A stretch of 63,273 nucleotides of DNA, filler included, from Reticulomyxa filosa (lineage: Eukaryota > Protista > Foraminifera): assembly GCA_000512085.1 (NCBI GenBank). It is 16 parts of 16 records of this genome, joined end to end, with 100 filler letters (N's around TTAATTAATTAA, not from the genome) between each part and the next. Parts side by side here need not be neighbours in the genome. Positions count along the whole stretch, not along the records: positions 1 to 8,240 come from ASPP01012520.1; positions 8,341 to 10,843 come from ASPP01020099.1; positions 10,944 to 12,051 come from ASPP01020206.1; positions 12,152 to 17,479 come from ASPP01020980.1; 12 more parts are not named here. One strand, written 5' to 3'. Position 1 is the first letter of the stretch. Each line of letters opens with the position of its first letter. Positions 1 through 12,249 of the stretch are shown here, one piece after another. The position numbers and the translations under genes were made by a program. The notes beneath the pieces are model-generated. The model made no database searches. It was not told where the DNA came from and saw only the letters and a program-made list of their open reading frames with translations.

Positions 1-581
1 TATTATGAAATACATATAATTTATAAATTAAATACGTATTGTTGTTGACTTGAGTAGACGTGTTAGATGAATCTTATTTTGGATAGCCCTTTTTTGGAAC
101 GAATTTGAAAATGATCTAATGAAAAAAAAAGATTATATTTGTAAAATAATGAGTTTTGACATTTTTTTGATCACTTCTTTCGGGCTGAATCACTTTACAT
201 ACTTTATCATTCATTCTTCACTGATTTTGTACCTTTTAATATGATCCCTCAAATGTGCAAACAAAAGCAAGAAAGATTAACAGTACCTGGACCAAGATAT
301 GTCATAACACTAATAAAACAAAATTTATAATTTTCACGAACAAAATAAACGAAATTAATGTTATTTTAAAATTTTAATTAAAAATTGTTTAAATTTTTCT
401 TATAGTTGCAACAATAAACTCTAAAAGTTCATTGATAATTTTGAGTCTTGTATCAGGTTCACATATTCTTTCTACAATTATCAAATTCCTTATGTTTGAT
501 TTGTTGAATTCTAAATGCAGCACCAATACATTAATTAGGTTAAAAATAATCTCTTTGGATATTGATGTGGTATGGATAATC

Positions 582-1612
582 AATGATCTTTTGCAAATAG
601 TTTAAAAATGAAATTATCAGTTATCATTGGAGTATCACAAATGACTTTTGGATTATTTTTAAAATTATTTAATCATATACAAGAAAATAATTGGATTAGT
701 ATTCTCTTTGAATTTATTCATCAACTCATTTTTATGTTATGTTTCTTTGGATATATGGTCTTTTATAAATGGTGTATCAATTGGAGCACTTCTACTTTAC
801 CTGGTACTCCTTCACTTATTACTGTTTTAATTAAAATGTTTTTAAGCCCTGGAACTATCGATTCTGAAGTTCAAATCTTTCCTAATAAAGATTTTCAGTC
901 TATCATTCAAGTTATTTTTTTATTGTTATTGGTTTTCTCTATTCCAACCATGTTATGTGTCAAACCTTTAATTTTAAAAAGTAGATTATCCAAACATCAT
1001 CATGATCATCCTTTTGATGAATATAACCAAGAAGACAGCAAAAAACATTCAGAATTTCAAATACTTCCATTGGAAAACTATCAACCAATGGACGATGAGT
1101 CATTACATCAACATTCTCGTCATGATACTGATCATAAAGAAAGTCATGAAATGAAAGAAATTGAGTATTTTAAGAGTGTTAGTTCAAATGTTCAACATAA
1201 AGATGCTCATCATGATTACCGCGAATCATTTGGTGATATTGTTATTCATCAATTCATTCACATCATTGAATATGTATTGGGTACAATTTCAAACATTGCT
1301 TCTTATTTGCGTTTGTGGGCTTTAAGTTTGGCACCTGCAGAATTATCCGAAGTGTTTTTTGACAAAACATTACGAATAACACTCGAGAGCACTGGAGTTG
1401 GAGCTGTTATTATGAATGTGGTATCTGCAGGAGCATTCTTAATGTTCACTTGTGGAGTATTATTAATTATGGATGTTTTAGAATGCTTTTTCCGCGCTCT
1501 TTGTTTGCACTGGGTCGAATTTCAAAATAATGGTAAAGCATCATTGCCATATGAAAATGGCATTCTTTTAACAAAGTGCATTTACAGCAAAACAAACTTT
1601 GATAATTTATGA
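582..1612 (+). pseudogene. V-type ATPase V0 subunit a, C-terminal fragment (degenerate)
   Basis: Motifs NSLKMKLSVIIG, IEYVLGTISNIASYLRLWALSLA and LHWVEFQN. Lesions: SLAP for conserved SLAH, a short deletion at GYMVFYKW, no N-terminal half, and homology ends abruptly after WVEFQN. Confidence 0.85.
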
Positions 1613-1983
1613 CAGAAACGAACAACAGTGTGTAATTGGGTGCATAATTATTCAGCACTTCAAATATAAGAGTTAAATAAAATAAAACTTGATCAAACAT
1701 TATTGCCATTTGGTAATGAAAACATTTCAATGATGGCTTTTTATTAAAGATTAAAGATATTTTGTTTTTTTTAAAAATTGAATGAACAATTATTATTCTA
1801 CTGATTTATATTCTATTTGATTTGACTATTTAGCAAATTCAGAGTTAAAATTTGTTTTAAACAAACTCATTTTTATATTCAAAATAATACAAATTTATGT
1901 TGCCAAAAACATAAACAAATTCTCAGAGTGAGATTTTTTCAAAGATTTTCAGTAATTATATGTATCATCTTCTTGTATATTAA

Positions 1984-3683
1984 TTATCCATAAATACCAA
2001 TTCGACCTTTCTTTGAACAATAGCACAAATTTAAATATTTTTCATTTTTTAGTTGAATCCATTTAAGATAACTTATTCCATTATCTTCTTCATCACATTT
2101 AATAACATGTAATTCTTTCTTATTTGATCGAATATCCCAAAAACGAATTGTATTATCTGCTGATCCAGAACATATCACATTTGAATTACCAATATTACTC
2201 CCTATCAATGGTGAGTAATCAACAGTATATACAATTTTTGTATGTCCATTGAATACTTGAATTTGTTTATTGGACCGAATATCCCATAAACGGACACTTT
2301 TATCTGATGATCCAGATAATATTGTATTTAATAATTCATTTGATCCATATTTTACACTATGCACATAATCTTCATGTCCTTTGAATATATTGAATTGTTT
2401 AATTGTCTCAATATCCCATATTCGAACGGTTTTATCATATGATGCAGAGCAAATTGTATATCCATTTCCACCAATCACTCCAATATCATTCATTTTTGTA
2501 TCATTATAATTTTTATTCATATGCAATGGCGAAATATCAACACAAATAACAGCATTTTCATGTCCATTGAAAATATTTAATCCCTTTACTTTTGCAACGT
2601 CCCATAAACGAATTGTATTATCGCCGGATCCAGAAAATAAATATCTACCACCATTAAATTGTGAAAATTCAATGCTGGATATATAATCATTGTGTCCATG
2701 GAATATTTTAATTTGTTTATTATCTTTGAATTCCCAAAAACGGATTTTTTTATCACGTGATGAAAAACAAATAACATATTGATCATGATTATAATAAAGA
2801 TATGGTGCAAATTTAACACAAAGCACACTTTCCAAATCTTTATCGAATGATCGAAGTTGTTTGTTATTATTAATGTCCCATAAACGAATTGTTTTATCAT
2901 CTGATCCAGAACAAATAAATTGATCATCACCAAATATTGAATAATCGATACTCCACACAATTGACTTATGCCCAATAAATATCTTATTTAATTTTAGATC
3001 TAAGTTATTAATACTTTGTCTTGACAAATGATTTTCATTAATTTGTCTTTCTTGTTTTAATTTCAAATTTTCGTTCTTTATATTTTTTAATTATTAAAAT
3101 TATAAATAAATAAATAAATAAATAAATATATAATCAATACCTTATATTGCTGAACTATTTTTTGTAGTTCGCTAATGTATTTCACCATTAGATCATAATG
3201 AAATCTTTGGCTTAGCTTTATATGTTCATCCATTTTTCGCCTTAAGCAGCAATGGCTGCATCCAAATTTTTTAAAATGACACCAGATCATTTGAAGATGA
3301 CAATCACTTTCCAAATGTTTACTCAAATATTTAATTTTATCTTTGAAATTACATTTATCTCCTAATTTATCTCGTTTTTCTTTTTCAAACTGTAGTGGGC
3401 ATGTTACGACTAATTCGTTAACACAATATTTTGCTACCCGACTATGATAATATAAACAGTTTTTATGACCCGATATCGGGCAAGAATTTGGATTTTGGTT
3501 CAGAAATTTCTTTAAGCAATTCTCTCCAACGATTAATAATCCTTCCATATTTTTGTGTTCGTCGCAGCTAATTTCTATTGGGCTATTTGCAACTTGTTTG
3601 CAAATTAAACAAATAACAGATATTTCTTTATTTGTTTGTAAAATCCAGTTTTTATCAAAACAAGATTGTTTTTCTTCTTCCAT
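1984..3683 (-). CDS. RING-like + TRAF-type zinc finger + coiled coil + WD40 protein (TRAF7-like architecture), 2 exons
   Basis: Exon 1 from ATG 3683 has CLICKQ...CDEH...CPISGH and CNF...HLESDC...CHFKKFGC...H. A GT..AG intron at ~3077-3140 joins it in frame to ~7 GH...WD repeats ending at 1984. Confidence 0.85.
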
Positions 3684-4089
3684 TAGATAGCTTATTTTCG
3701 AGTTTTTTTTTTTAAAAACTTTCTTGAGCCGGGGAAGTTTTTTTGTGACCAACTCTAATTTTTTTTTCTATCGTTTATAAACATCTAACTCGTGCAACTA
3801 GACTATGTTTTATTCGCATCAGTTGGAAATGATGCACTTTTACGAATATTAAGAATATAATACTATTTTGACAATTAGCTCAAAAGGAATATTTCTTTTT
3901 TTTTGCAGTGATTGTAAAAAATGTCTGATGGTTGATGTTTAATGATTTCTTTGGTCCGTCTTTTGACAAACATGTCAAGCAAAGCCTTTTAATTGTTGAA
4001 AGGCTTTCCCTTTGCATTGTAGATTTTTTTTTCCTACACAATAAACTTTTTTGAATTTTCATCTTTATTACAATTTGATTACAAAAATA

Positions 4090-6830
4090 ACCACTCTGTT
4101 TCTCCCATCAACACAGTTGAAAGACTGGATCGAATATTGAGAAGATGGTTATCATTTTCAAGATATTGTCATAAGTCAATACGTAACGCTTGAATTCCTT
4201 TTCACACAATTTTTTTGTTATTGCATCTTTTTTTGCTTCTGGTACTCCCATTGTTCGATACAATACTGCAATTCGTTTCTTTTTTTCTTCGAAAATCACG
4301 TCATTGGATGGGATTTTGATCGTCGACTCCTATTCGTTTATTCATTTGTAATTTACATTTATTTGTTTATTCGAGACAAGTAGTTAACCATTATCAATGT
4401 CCATAATCGTTGTAATTTGCTCATCAGAAAGAATTTGCACAAGCAAAATTGGGTATTATTTTCCTTGGCATTTGCATCTATAAAAAATAGTTGATCGGAA
4501 ATTTCAACAAGTTTATTCTCAAGCAATTTGGAATCGACCAAAATTTTAAATTGTGTGAACAAAAACTTGAAGAATATGATTTGGTGCAAAAGATTTCGTG
4601 TTGATGATGCCAATGGACTAAATGAAGATTTGAAATTATTTAAATCTATCAGATGTATCATCGGAGGAATAGATCGATCATATCCAACCTGGCTTTATAA
4701 GTCTGTAAAGGGAAAAGGAGGAAAAAGATATCAACAAATTTTCCACATTTAGATTGTCTGCTTGAAATTCTTTGATCCATTTAATGCAATATTGTGCTTT
4801 TCCAAATTGGAATGAGTTACATTGATTGTCGGAAACTCTGATCTGAAATAGAGTGTATAAAATATCTGCAGTATATTGAAATGAATCAAGTTTATATGGA
4901 ATTTCAATGAAGAATGCCATATTTGGATTCATATGGAAACTGCAACAATCAGTGTCAATGTGTTACAAATGCAACAATTGGAATAAGAAATCATTCATTT
5001 CTTTGTCCACACAAGATGGTATATCCAAATGATGTATCATCAAATCATCTTTGGTCCTATTTTTTTGTTATTATTTCTTGATTATCCATTTCGAATTATT
5101 ATTGAATTGATATGGACGATATTGCCAAAATGTGTTGACAGTGGAATCCCAATCAATTGTACTCCTTTCTAATTTTTCTTCATCACTCTCTGAATTGTAT
5201 AATTGAACAAATGGCCTTCGATTGATTCTTTCCCGTTAAAAACGACCTTCATTCTTTCATATACAAAGAATCTTCAATGTGTAATAAAGCTATAACTTCC
5301 TTGCATTCGAATTGCTGCAAAGTGACTGCTATCTCATTTTCTCTATTAGAAGAGAAAATTACAAATAAATATGGATACATTTGTCGCAATTCAGATTGAC
5401 TTAATAACATGTGTTAATACTTTGCTCGAAATTCTTTTGTTAATTTTTCAGAAACAATACAATGTGTTCGTGCATTTTGTTTGTTGTTCTTTTTGGTGCA
5501 CAACAATGTTCGTAATAGCAAACATTCAACTTTTTCTTCTGTTGTTGTTTCTTTGCAGATTAATACATGTTCTGATCGTGGGATCATTTTAAGGCATTTA
5601 TACAAATTCGAAACTTTGGCAAACCCTTTCATATGCTCAATTATCAAATTTGGTTTGTTTCGACACAATGGACTTACTTGTGTAAGGCAATTAGTTACAG
5701 TTTCATTGTTTTTGAATTGCTCAAAATTTTCGAAGAGAGTTTACCCAATGATTGCAATGGCTGTTTGTTTTCTTTCCATTCATCAGTGATTTTGGATATA
5801 CTCTGTAAAATAGAACTGGTCGTTGGAAATAAGGCAAAATATATTTGGAAGCTAAACCATCCCAGCATCCACAAATCAAATAATGAAATTGATAAATTTT
5901 TCCAATTAAATATTGTGCATTCATTGTGAAATAGACAAGACCAGGTAATTATTTCGCAATGAAGACAATCTTTTTTCCATTTGTTCAATCCATCAATCCA
6001 TTCTATTCTGTTATTTTTAAATGTTTCAATTGAACCTTTGGCTTGTAATATCAATTTTTTCTGTTTATTTCTTCAATTTTTTTGTTCAAATTAAGCTTCA
6101 GTCGATCGAATATATTCTCGATGATGTCACAATTCAAACAAGTTCTTCCAAATTGCGATATCAATACTTCGTATTTATTCACTTTTGATTGATCTTCGCA
6201 GAAAAATTTAGAACGGTATTCAATTGATGAATTTATATTGCTCTATTGCACCACATACTCTTTTTTAAAAAAAATCTCGATTTCTTTCTTTACATTATAC
6301 ATTGTACCTTCAATGTCATATAAGCAGTGCTCACTTTTTTCTTTATTTTGAAAACCAGCATAACTTCTTTGCTTCTGTTTTTTTAAAAAATGTTGCCTGT
6401 TTGTCGCTGTTCCAACTACTTCATATCACATAATGCATAGAACATACCTCTCAGGAATTGAAATGTTTGATTTTTTGGATATGTTCTTGATGGCATTGAA
6501 CAACCTCACTTTTGTTGCTATTTTCGATTCCACTTTTTTAAATACATCTTCACAGTCTTTTTCTGTTTGTTTGGAAACTTCCTCCACAGACCTACAGTCT
6601 TGATCATCATGAAGCACTTTGCACAATGCCTCTGCATGTTCCTGTTTCATTTCAACAGATGGATTTTTCAAGAAGGGCAATATTTCGTCTTCCATGTCCA
6701 CCAGATATGTAGAATATAAAAAAATCTTTTTTGCAGAACTTTTCCTTTGTCCAGATTTGTTCAAAAAAATTACAAGTTGTGCTTCAGATTTCTGTGAAAT
6801 GCTATTATTTTAAATAAGATCTTGTTTTCT
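4090..6830 (-). pseudogene. RNF213/mysterin-like AAA+ ATPase fragment, multiply frameshifted
   Basis: Segments PRSEHVLICKETTTEEKVECLLLR, IHHLDIPSCVDKEMNDFLFQLL...NPNMAFFIEIP and YVLTYDNILKM...(shift)STVLMGETE match RNF213-family motifs as I recall them (EVLLC..TTFEEV.LLLRR; YELTTDNMLK..IMGETGCGKT). Many stops. Confidence 0.75.
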
Positions 6831-6869
6831 AACTGTTAAGACATATGTTATTAAATCGGATACCACTCT

Positions 6870-7370
6870 TATATTTTGATGTGACAACATTCACTTAACA
6901 ATGACAAATCAGCTACTTGATATCCTTTTGTTCATCATTATGGTCATAGGATAACTCGCTTCCTTTTTTTGTAATTTGATGAGTTTTTGGGATATCTCCA
7001 CACGACAAGCATCAACAATAAAAATTTTAGAAAAATCTTTGAATGATTTTATTTCATGGCAATTGAATGATGAACGTATTCTATCGATTGATACAGATTT
7101 TCCATCACTTGTTACTAATATATTTCCACTTTCTCCATGTCCACAAATAATTGTAATTCACTTTCATGAAATTGATAATTTAATTTGGCTAAAAATTTTT
7201 AAACATCTTGTTTTGTCATTTTTGGAGATAGATTACATACAATTTCATAATTTAATTCTTGTTGAAATAACTGTTTGAAATTTTTATATCATTTTTCACA
7301 TTTACAAGATTTTTCCATGTGTTATCATCATTATACTCACTAATAGCAATTATTATTACTAATGATTTTT
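6870..7370 (-). pseudogene. caspase-like (peptidase C14) relic
   Basis: Minus-strand translation gives IICGHGESGNILVTSDGKSVSIDRIRSSFNCHEIKSFKDFSKIFIVDACR, homologous to 44693-45810. Interrupted by stops and deletions. Confidence 0.8.
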
Positions 7371-7459
7371 AAGTATTACTGGTTGTAAAAATAAAATCCA
7401 AATAACATTAAATTTGTATATTCTAAAACATAAAACATTAAACAAGTTTTATTTTATGA

Positions 7460-8240
7460 ACAATGTTATTTTGACATTTTAAATTAACAAATTAATCTTC
7501 ACATTATCTGACAAAGAATGTTATTTTTGTAATTATGAAACTAACAACTGTTATTCCTATCATACTATGAAAAAACAATACAAATACATCTGCTTTTATC
7601 CTAATGATGTCCAATTGAATGGGCATTGTGTTATACAATTGCTTCATCTACAAGCCAATTCCAATGAGATTAATTTATTATCCTTTGGAGGACAATATCC
7701 AAGTCAAGTGAAACAAACATTTTCAATGAAATATAAAAATGTATGGGAAATAAGCGATGATCAACGTGACTACAAATCTGAATATGACTCTATTTCTCAA
7801 CCTTTTAACACTTGGATAGGATATAATAAAGACACTAATATTGGAAAATTAGAAGATGATTTACTATGAGTGCGTGGATTGATTGGCGGAATGAATGATA
7901 AGTTATTGTTCATTACACATTATCCAAAAAACATTGAAGTTATTGATTTGAAGACAATGAAGCCATTGACCGGAATCAAAAATAACATTATACCAAAAGA
8001 AGACCATAGATTCGGAATTAAATATCATTGTTTTGTGCCATTGACAATGAATAATGAAAAGTGATAATCATTTCATATTGTTTTGTCGAAACACAGGATT
8101 ATTAATAAAATATGATGAACAAAACAAAACATTTCAGTATGAAAAATTACCACTTTGTCCTGCTTTGAATGATTTCACTGCTTATTCATTTGCATTTCTT
8201 TACGATTTTATTTTTTTATTTGGAGGAACAAATAGCAAAT
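7460..8240 (+). pseudogene. Kelch-like beta-propeller family member, disrupted
   Basis: CYSYHTMKKQYKYICFYPNDVQLNGHCV...LLSFGG, GLIGG and FIFLFGG, split over three ORFs by frameshifts. Runs into the contig end. Confidence 0.7.
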
Positions 8241-8340
8241 NNNNNNNNNNNNNNNNNNNNNNNNNNNNNNNNNNNNNNNNNNNNTTAATTAATTAANNNN
8301 NNNNNNNNNNNNNNNNNNNNNNNNNNNNNNNNNNNNNNNN
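8241..8340. other. Artificial contig spacer N44-TTAATTAATTAA-N44 (first of 15)
   Basis: The same 100-nt linker, with stops in all six frames, starts at 10844, 12052, 17480, 18941, 22796, 30809, 32999, 36846, 37946, 41772, 43368, 48024, 60298 and 62135. Confidence 0.98.
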
Positions 8341-8790
8341 CGTGGCTTGTAAGGTTGTTCCAAATTAGAAGAAGAAAGAAGAAGCCAACTTATGTAAAAG
8401 TTGGAGCGTTTGACAAAAATACGACTTGAAAAAAGTTTGAGTGTTGACTCAACTAATTGAAAAGCAAAAATGAAAGAATGCTATCTGACTTTTTTTTTTT
8501 AAAAAAAAAAAGTAAGCTTGCCAAAATTCTTTTCAAATACGTAAATCTCTAAATCTGGTCCCTTTAAAAAAAATAAAAAAGAAATAATTTCTTTAAGTTG
8601 ATATATTTTATAAAGATGATTTTTTATATGAAAAAAGTAAAAGTGAATAAAAGAGAAAATGATTTGAAAAAATAAATTTTAGTTTTTAAAATTTATTTTT
8701 ATTTCATTTGATTTTTTTGAAATTTTCGAAAAAAAAGTTGACAATAGCGTTTTTTAAAAATATTTTCGTAAAATATCTTGTGGGAATATT
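8341..8790 (+). repeat. Direct repeat of 10229-10665 (3' end and downstream flank of a tandem RBR gene copy; unit ~1.89 kb)
   Basis: CGTGGCTTGTAAGGTTGTTCCAAATTAG... is near-identical at 8341 and 10229 over ~440 bp, with small indels. Confidence 0.92.
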
Positions 8791-9041
8791 TTCCGTTTCA
8801 AAATTTTTCCATTTTAGTTTTTAAAGATGTTTTACATATTTTTATTTTTGTTATTTTTTTGAAAAACTAAACTTTTTCAACAAAATATTTTGTAATTGTA
8901 TCAAAATATCTAAACATTTAAACTTGTAAATTTATTTTTTATTCTACTATAACAATAAACTGTAGAGAAAGTGAACCCCTTGAAAATTTTGTGTTATTTG
9001 TTTAATTAACTAACTTCTTTTCAAAAAAAAAAAAAAGAAGA

Positions 9042-10255
9042 ATGGAAGAAGAATTTAATCTTGGCGATTTTATTGCAGGAAATGTCGTTGAAATTTGTAA
9101 AAACATTGTAGTTAATAAAAGTGGTCAAAAGCGTCTTATGCTAAAAGACATTCCATCTAATTGGACATTACAATCGGACTCTGTTTAATTTTTTTTATAG
9201 AATGCAATTTTGGCTGATTATGGATTTCAAAATAATGCCATTATTTCCACTATTTGGCATGTCCTTGGGGGAGCTGCTGAGGGAAGCACACGACGTCAAT
9301 ATCCGAAGGATATAAAAACCTGGCCAAAAAATATCACAGCTGTAAAAGATGAATGTTTCAGTTGTACGTATGAGTTGATGGAGGGCTTCCATAATGCAAA
9401 AATCCCATGTTGCGGCACGGTTACATCAGCTGAGACAGCGTATCAGATGTTGAAAAGTTGGGTAACTCACTCCAAATTTATGTATTTATGTATTGTATTC
9501 ACTCCGTTTTTTTTTTATATTTTGTAGATGAAATTAATCATCGTCAATCCGGTGCTTTGAAATGTCAGTTTTCATCAAGTTGCGGAAAGCCAATATCTTT
9601 TTCATATTATGCATGGTTGGCACAGTTAACACCAGAAGAAAGTAAAGAATATAAGACAAAGTACGATCTGTATACACTTGTCAAGCCTAATTCCGATTTG
9701 CAGAAATGCCCAAATGATGAATGTGGAGCATATGTTGAAAAAAACAACTCATTTCCTATGCGGTATGTTAAAAAAAAAAAAAAAATAGTATAAATTTGAA
9801 TAATCGTGTTTTGTATCAATGTAATGGATGAATGATAATAATAGAGTCAGATGTCCAGTATGTCGTGCGTACGATTGGTGTTGGATATGCCGAGAAAAAT
9901 GGAAGGGCTCAGATTCTATGAAATGTGGAAACAGTGCGTGTGAACCTTTTGCATCCAAAATTGATATAATAGTGAATTGCAAAACAGAAACAATCAGCGG
10001 CATTCCAAATGTTCCAGTCAAGCGACTCTGCCCAAAGCCTCGATGTAGAGCAGTTGCGAAATTTGTATTTTCTTTTATGTTCAATCACTATTATTTGTTT
10101 ACATTTATGTTATTCGGTGATTGCAGATAATGGAATGGACTCAGAACTGCAAACATGTCAAATGTCCTGAATGCAAACGCGAGTTTTGCATGGTTTGTCT
10201 CAACGAATGGGTATCAGCTCATCTCAGCGTGGCTTGTAAGGTTGTTCCAAATTAG
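9042..10255 (+). CDS. Ubiquitin-like domain + RBR (RING1-IBR-RING2) E3 ligase, ~5 exons; Ubl internally shortened
   Basis: Ubl end LADYGFQNNAIISTIWHVLGG. IBR CPNDECG...RCPVC...WCWICREKW. RING2 CPKPRCRA|IMEWTQNCKHVKCPECKREFCMVCLNEW with the catalytic Cys. Stop TAG 10253-10255. Confidence 0.8.
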
Positions 10256-10960
10256 AAGAAGAAAGAAGAAGAAGCCAACTTATGTAAAAGTTGGAGCGTT
10301 TGACAAAAATACGACTTGAAAAAAGTTTGAGTGTTGACTCAACTAATTGAAAAGCAAAAATGAAAGAATGTTATCTGACTTTTTTTTTTTTAAAAAAAAA
10401 GAGTAAGCTTGCCAAAATTCTTTTCAAATACGTAAATCTGGTCCCTTTAAAAAAAGTAAAAAAGAAATAATTTCTCTAAGTTGATATATCTTATAAAGAT
10501 GATTTTTTATATAAAAAAAGTAAAAGTGAATAAAAGAGAAAATGATTTAAAAAAATAAATTTTAGTTTTTAAAATTTATTTTTATTTCATTTGATTTTTT
10601 TGAAATTTTCAAAAAAAAATTGACAATAGCGTTTTTTTAAAATACCTTGCGGAATATTTTTCGTCCTTAAAACAATAAGTTTACAAGTTTAAATGTTTAG
10701 ATATTTTGATACAATCACAAAATATTTTATCGAAAAAGTTTTAGTTTTTTAAAAAATAACAAAAATAAAAATATATAAAACATCTCTAAAAACTAAAATA
10801 GAAAAAAAACAAATGATGAGCTTAAATTTAAAAAAAAAAAAAANNNNNNNNNNNNNNNNNNNNNNNNNNNNNNNNNNNNNNNNNNNNTTAATTAATTAAN
10901 NNNNNNNNNNNNNNNNNNNNNNNNNNNNNNNNNNNNNNNNNNNGAATTCTTTTTTTACTG

Positions 10961-11950
10961 TCAATTATTCATTCTCTCATTTTTAGTTTGAACATTGTCA
11001 GTATCCTCTTTAACCAAATTGCGATGACTGTCAGAAATTTTTTGATCTTCAACAGTTGAATTTTGTGCAATATTGTCGTTCACCAACTTTTTATATCTTT
11101 TGCAATTTTTGTCCTTTTTTGCCAGATAATCTATTGTCCGTTGTATTCCTTCATCTAATGTGACAATTGGGCGATATCCCAAGTATTGCATGGCTTTTGC
11201 GTGAGAAAAGTATTGATGGCATCCCATCGTCACCACCTGTCAATCACAAACATTTTGAATAGTGTGTATTTTTTGTTTTATTTTTCAAAAAAAAAAAAAG
11301 GTTTTTTTTTTTCCATGTGTCTGGTGATGATAGGCTTCCAGCCAAACAGCCATCCAAACACCCAATAGAAAAATTCCATTAAGCAAGCAATGGCATATGC
11401 TGCGTTGAACGAAATTCGTTTAGTGGGTGCAGAGTACCCTAACGTGGTGACGATGTTGATGATGAAGCTCCAAAACATAATGGGTTCACCGTTCGTTATG
11501 AAGTACACCTTTTTTTTTTTATCCCCACACGTACACATACAAATGTTTATTTTTATACGTGTGTTTTTGAAACAATCGAAAGAGGAACGGAAAAAAAAAA
11601 AAAAGAACTTGTCCTTGAACAGCAGTGGACGAACTCAATTTGGAACTGGCCAGAATATGTGCGTGGACAACATTATCAATATAAGTAAAATCAGTGACAT
11701 TGTGTCCTTCTCCGATCATATGAGTTAATTCCCCACGTTTGGCTCTGTTAATGATTTGAGACATAAAATGAGTATCACCAGGTCCAAATACAAAATGTGG
11801 TCGTAATGCGCACGTGACCAATCGGTGAATGCCATCTTTTGTCTTGCTTCCATTTGCTGCGATCACTTTTTGTTCGGCACGACATTTACTGTACGAAAAA
11901 GTGTCCAAATGTCTTGTCGGATATACCATAGTCTCATCTCCGTCCTAGAC
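10961..11950 (-). CDS. 3-beta-hydroxysteroid dehydrogenase / NSDHL-like SDR, 5'-partial, spliced
   Basis: YSKCRAEQKVIAAN (YxxxK-type, here R), TCALRPHFVFGPGD, DFTYIDNVVHAHILA, YFITNGEP, HQYFSHAKAMQYLGYRP. Confidence 0.85.
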
Positions 11951-12249
11951 CCTCGAATCGTTTCCCCCACCCAACGTAGTCGTTGGATCCCAAATGTTGT
12001 GAGTTGTACACCAAAAAAAAAAAAAAAAACCCTCCACATAAACATACGCATNNNNNNNNNNNNNNNNNNNNNNNNNNNNNNNNNNNNNNNNNNNNTTAAT
12101 TAATTAANNNNNNNNNNNNNNNNNNNNNNNNNNNNNNNNNNNNNNNNNNNNTATATGTATATGTATATATTCGCTCTCCCCTTCTCTTGTCTTGCAGCAA
12201 CAGGATATCAATTAAAATACTCCAAAATTGTGTGATATATGTTGTCTGA

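Noticed and set aside
8241-8340. Regularly recurring TTAATTAATTAA as a biological repeat or CRISPR-like array
   Set aside because: Always centred in exactly 100 nt with N flanks: an artificial contig linker. Gene neighbourhoods across linkers are not real.
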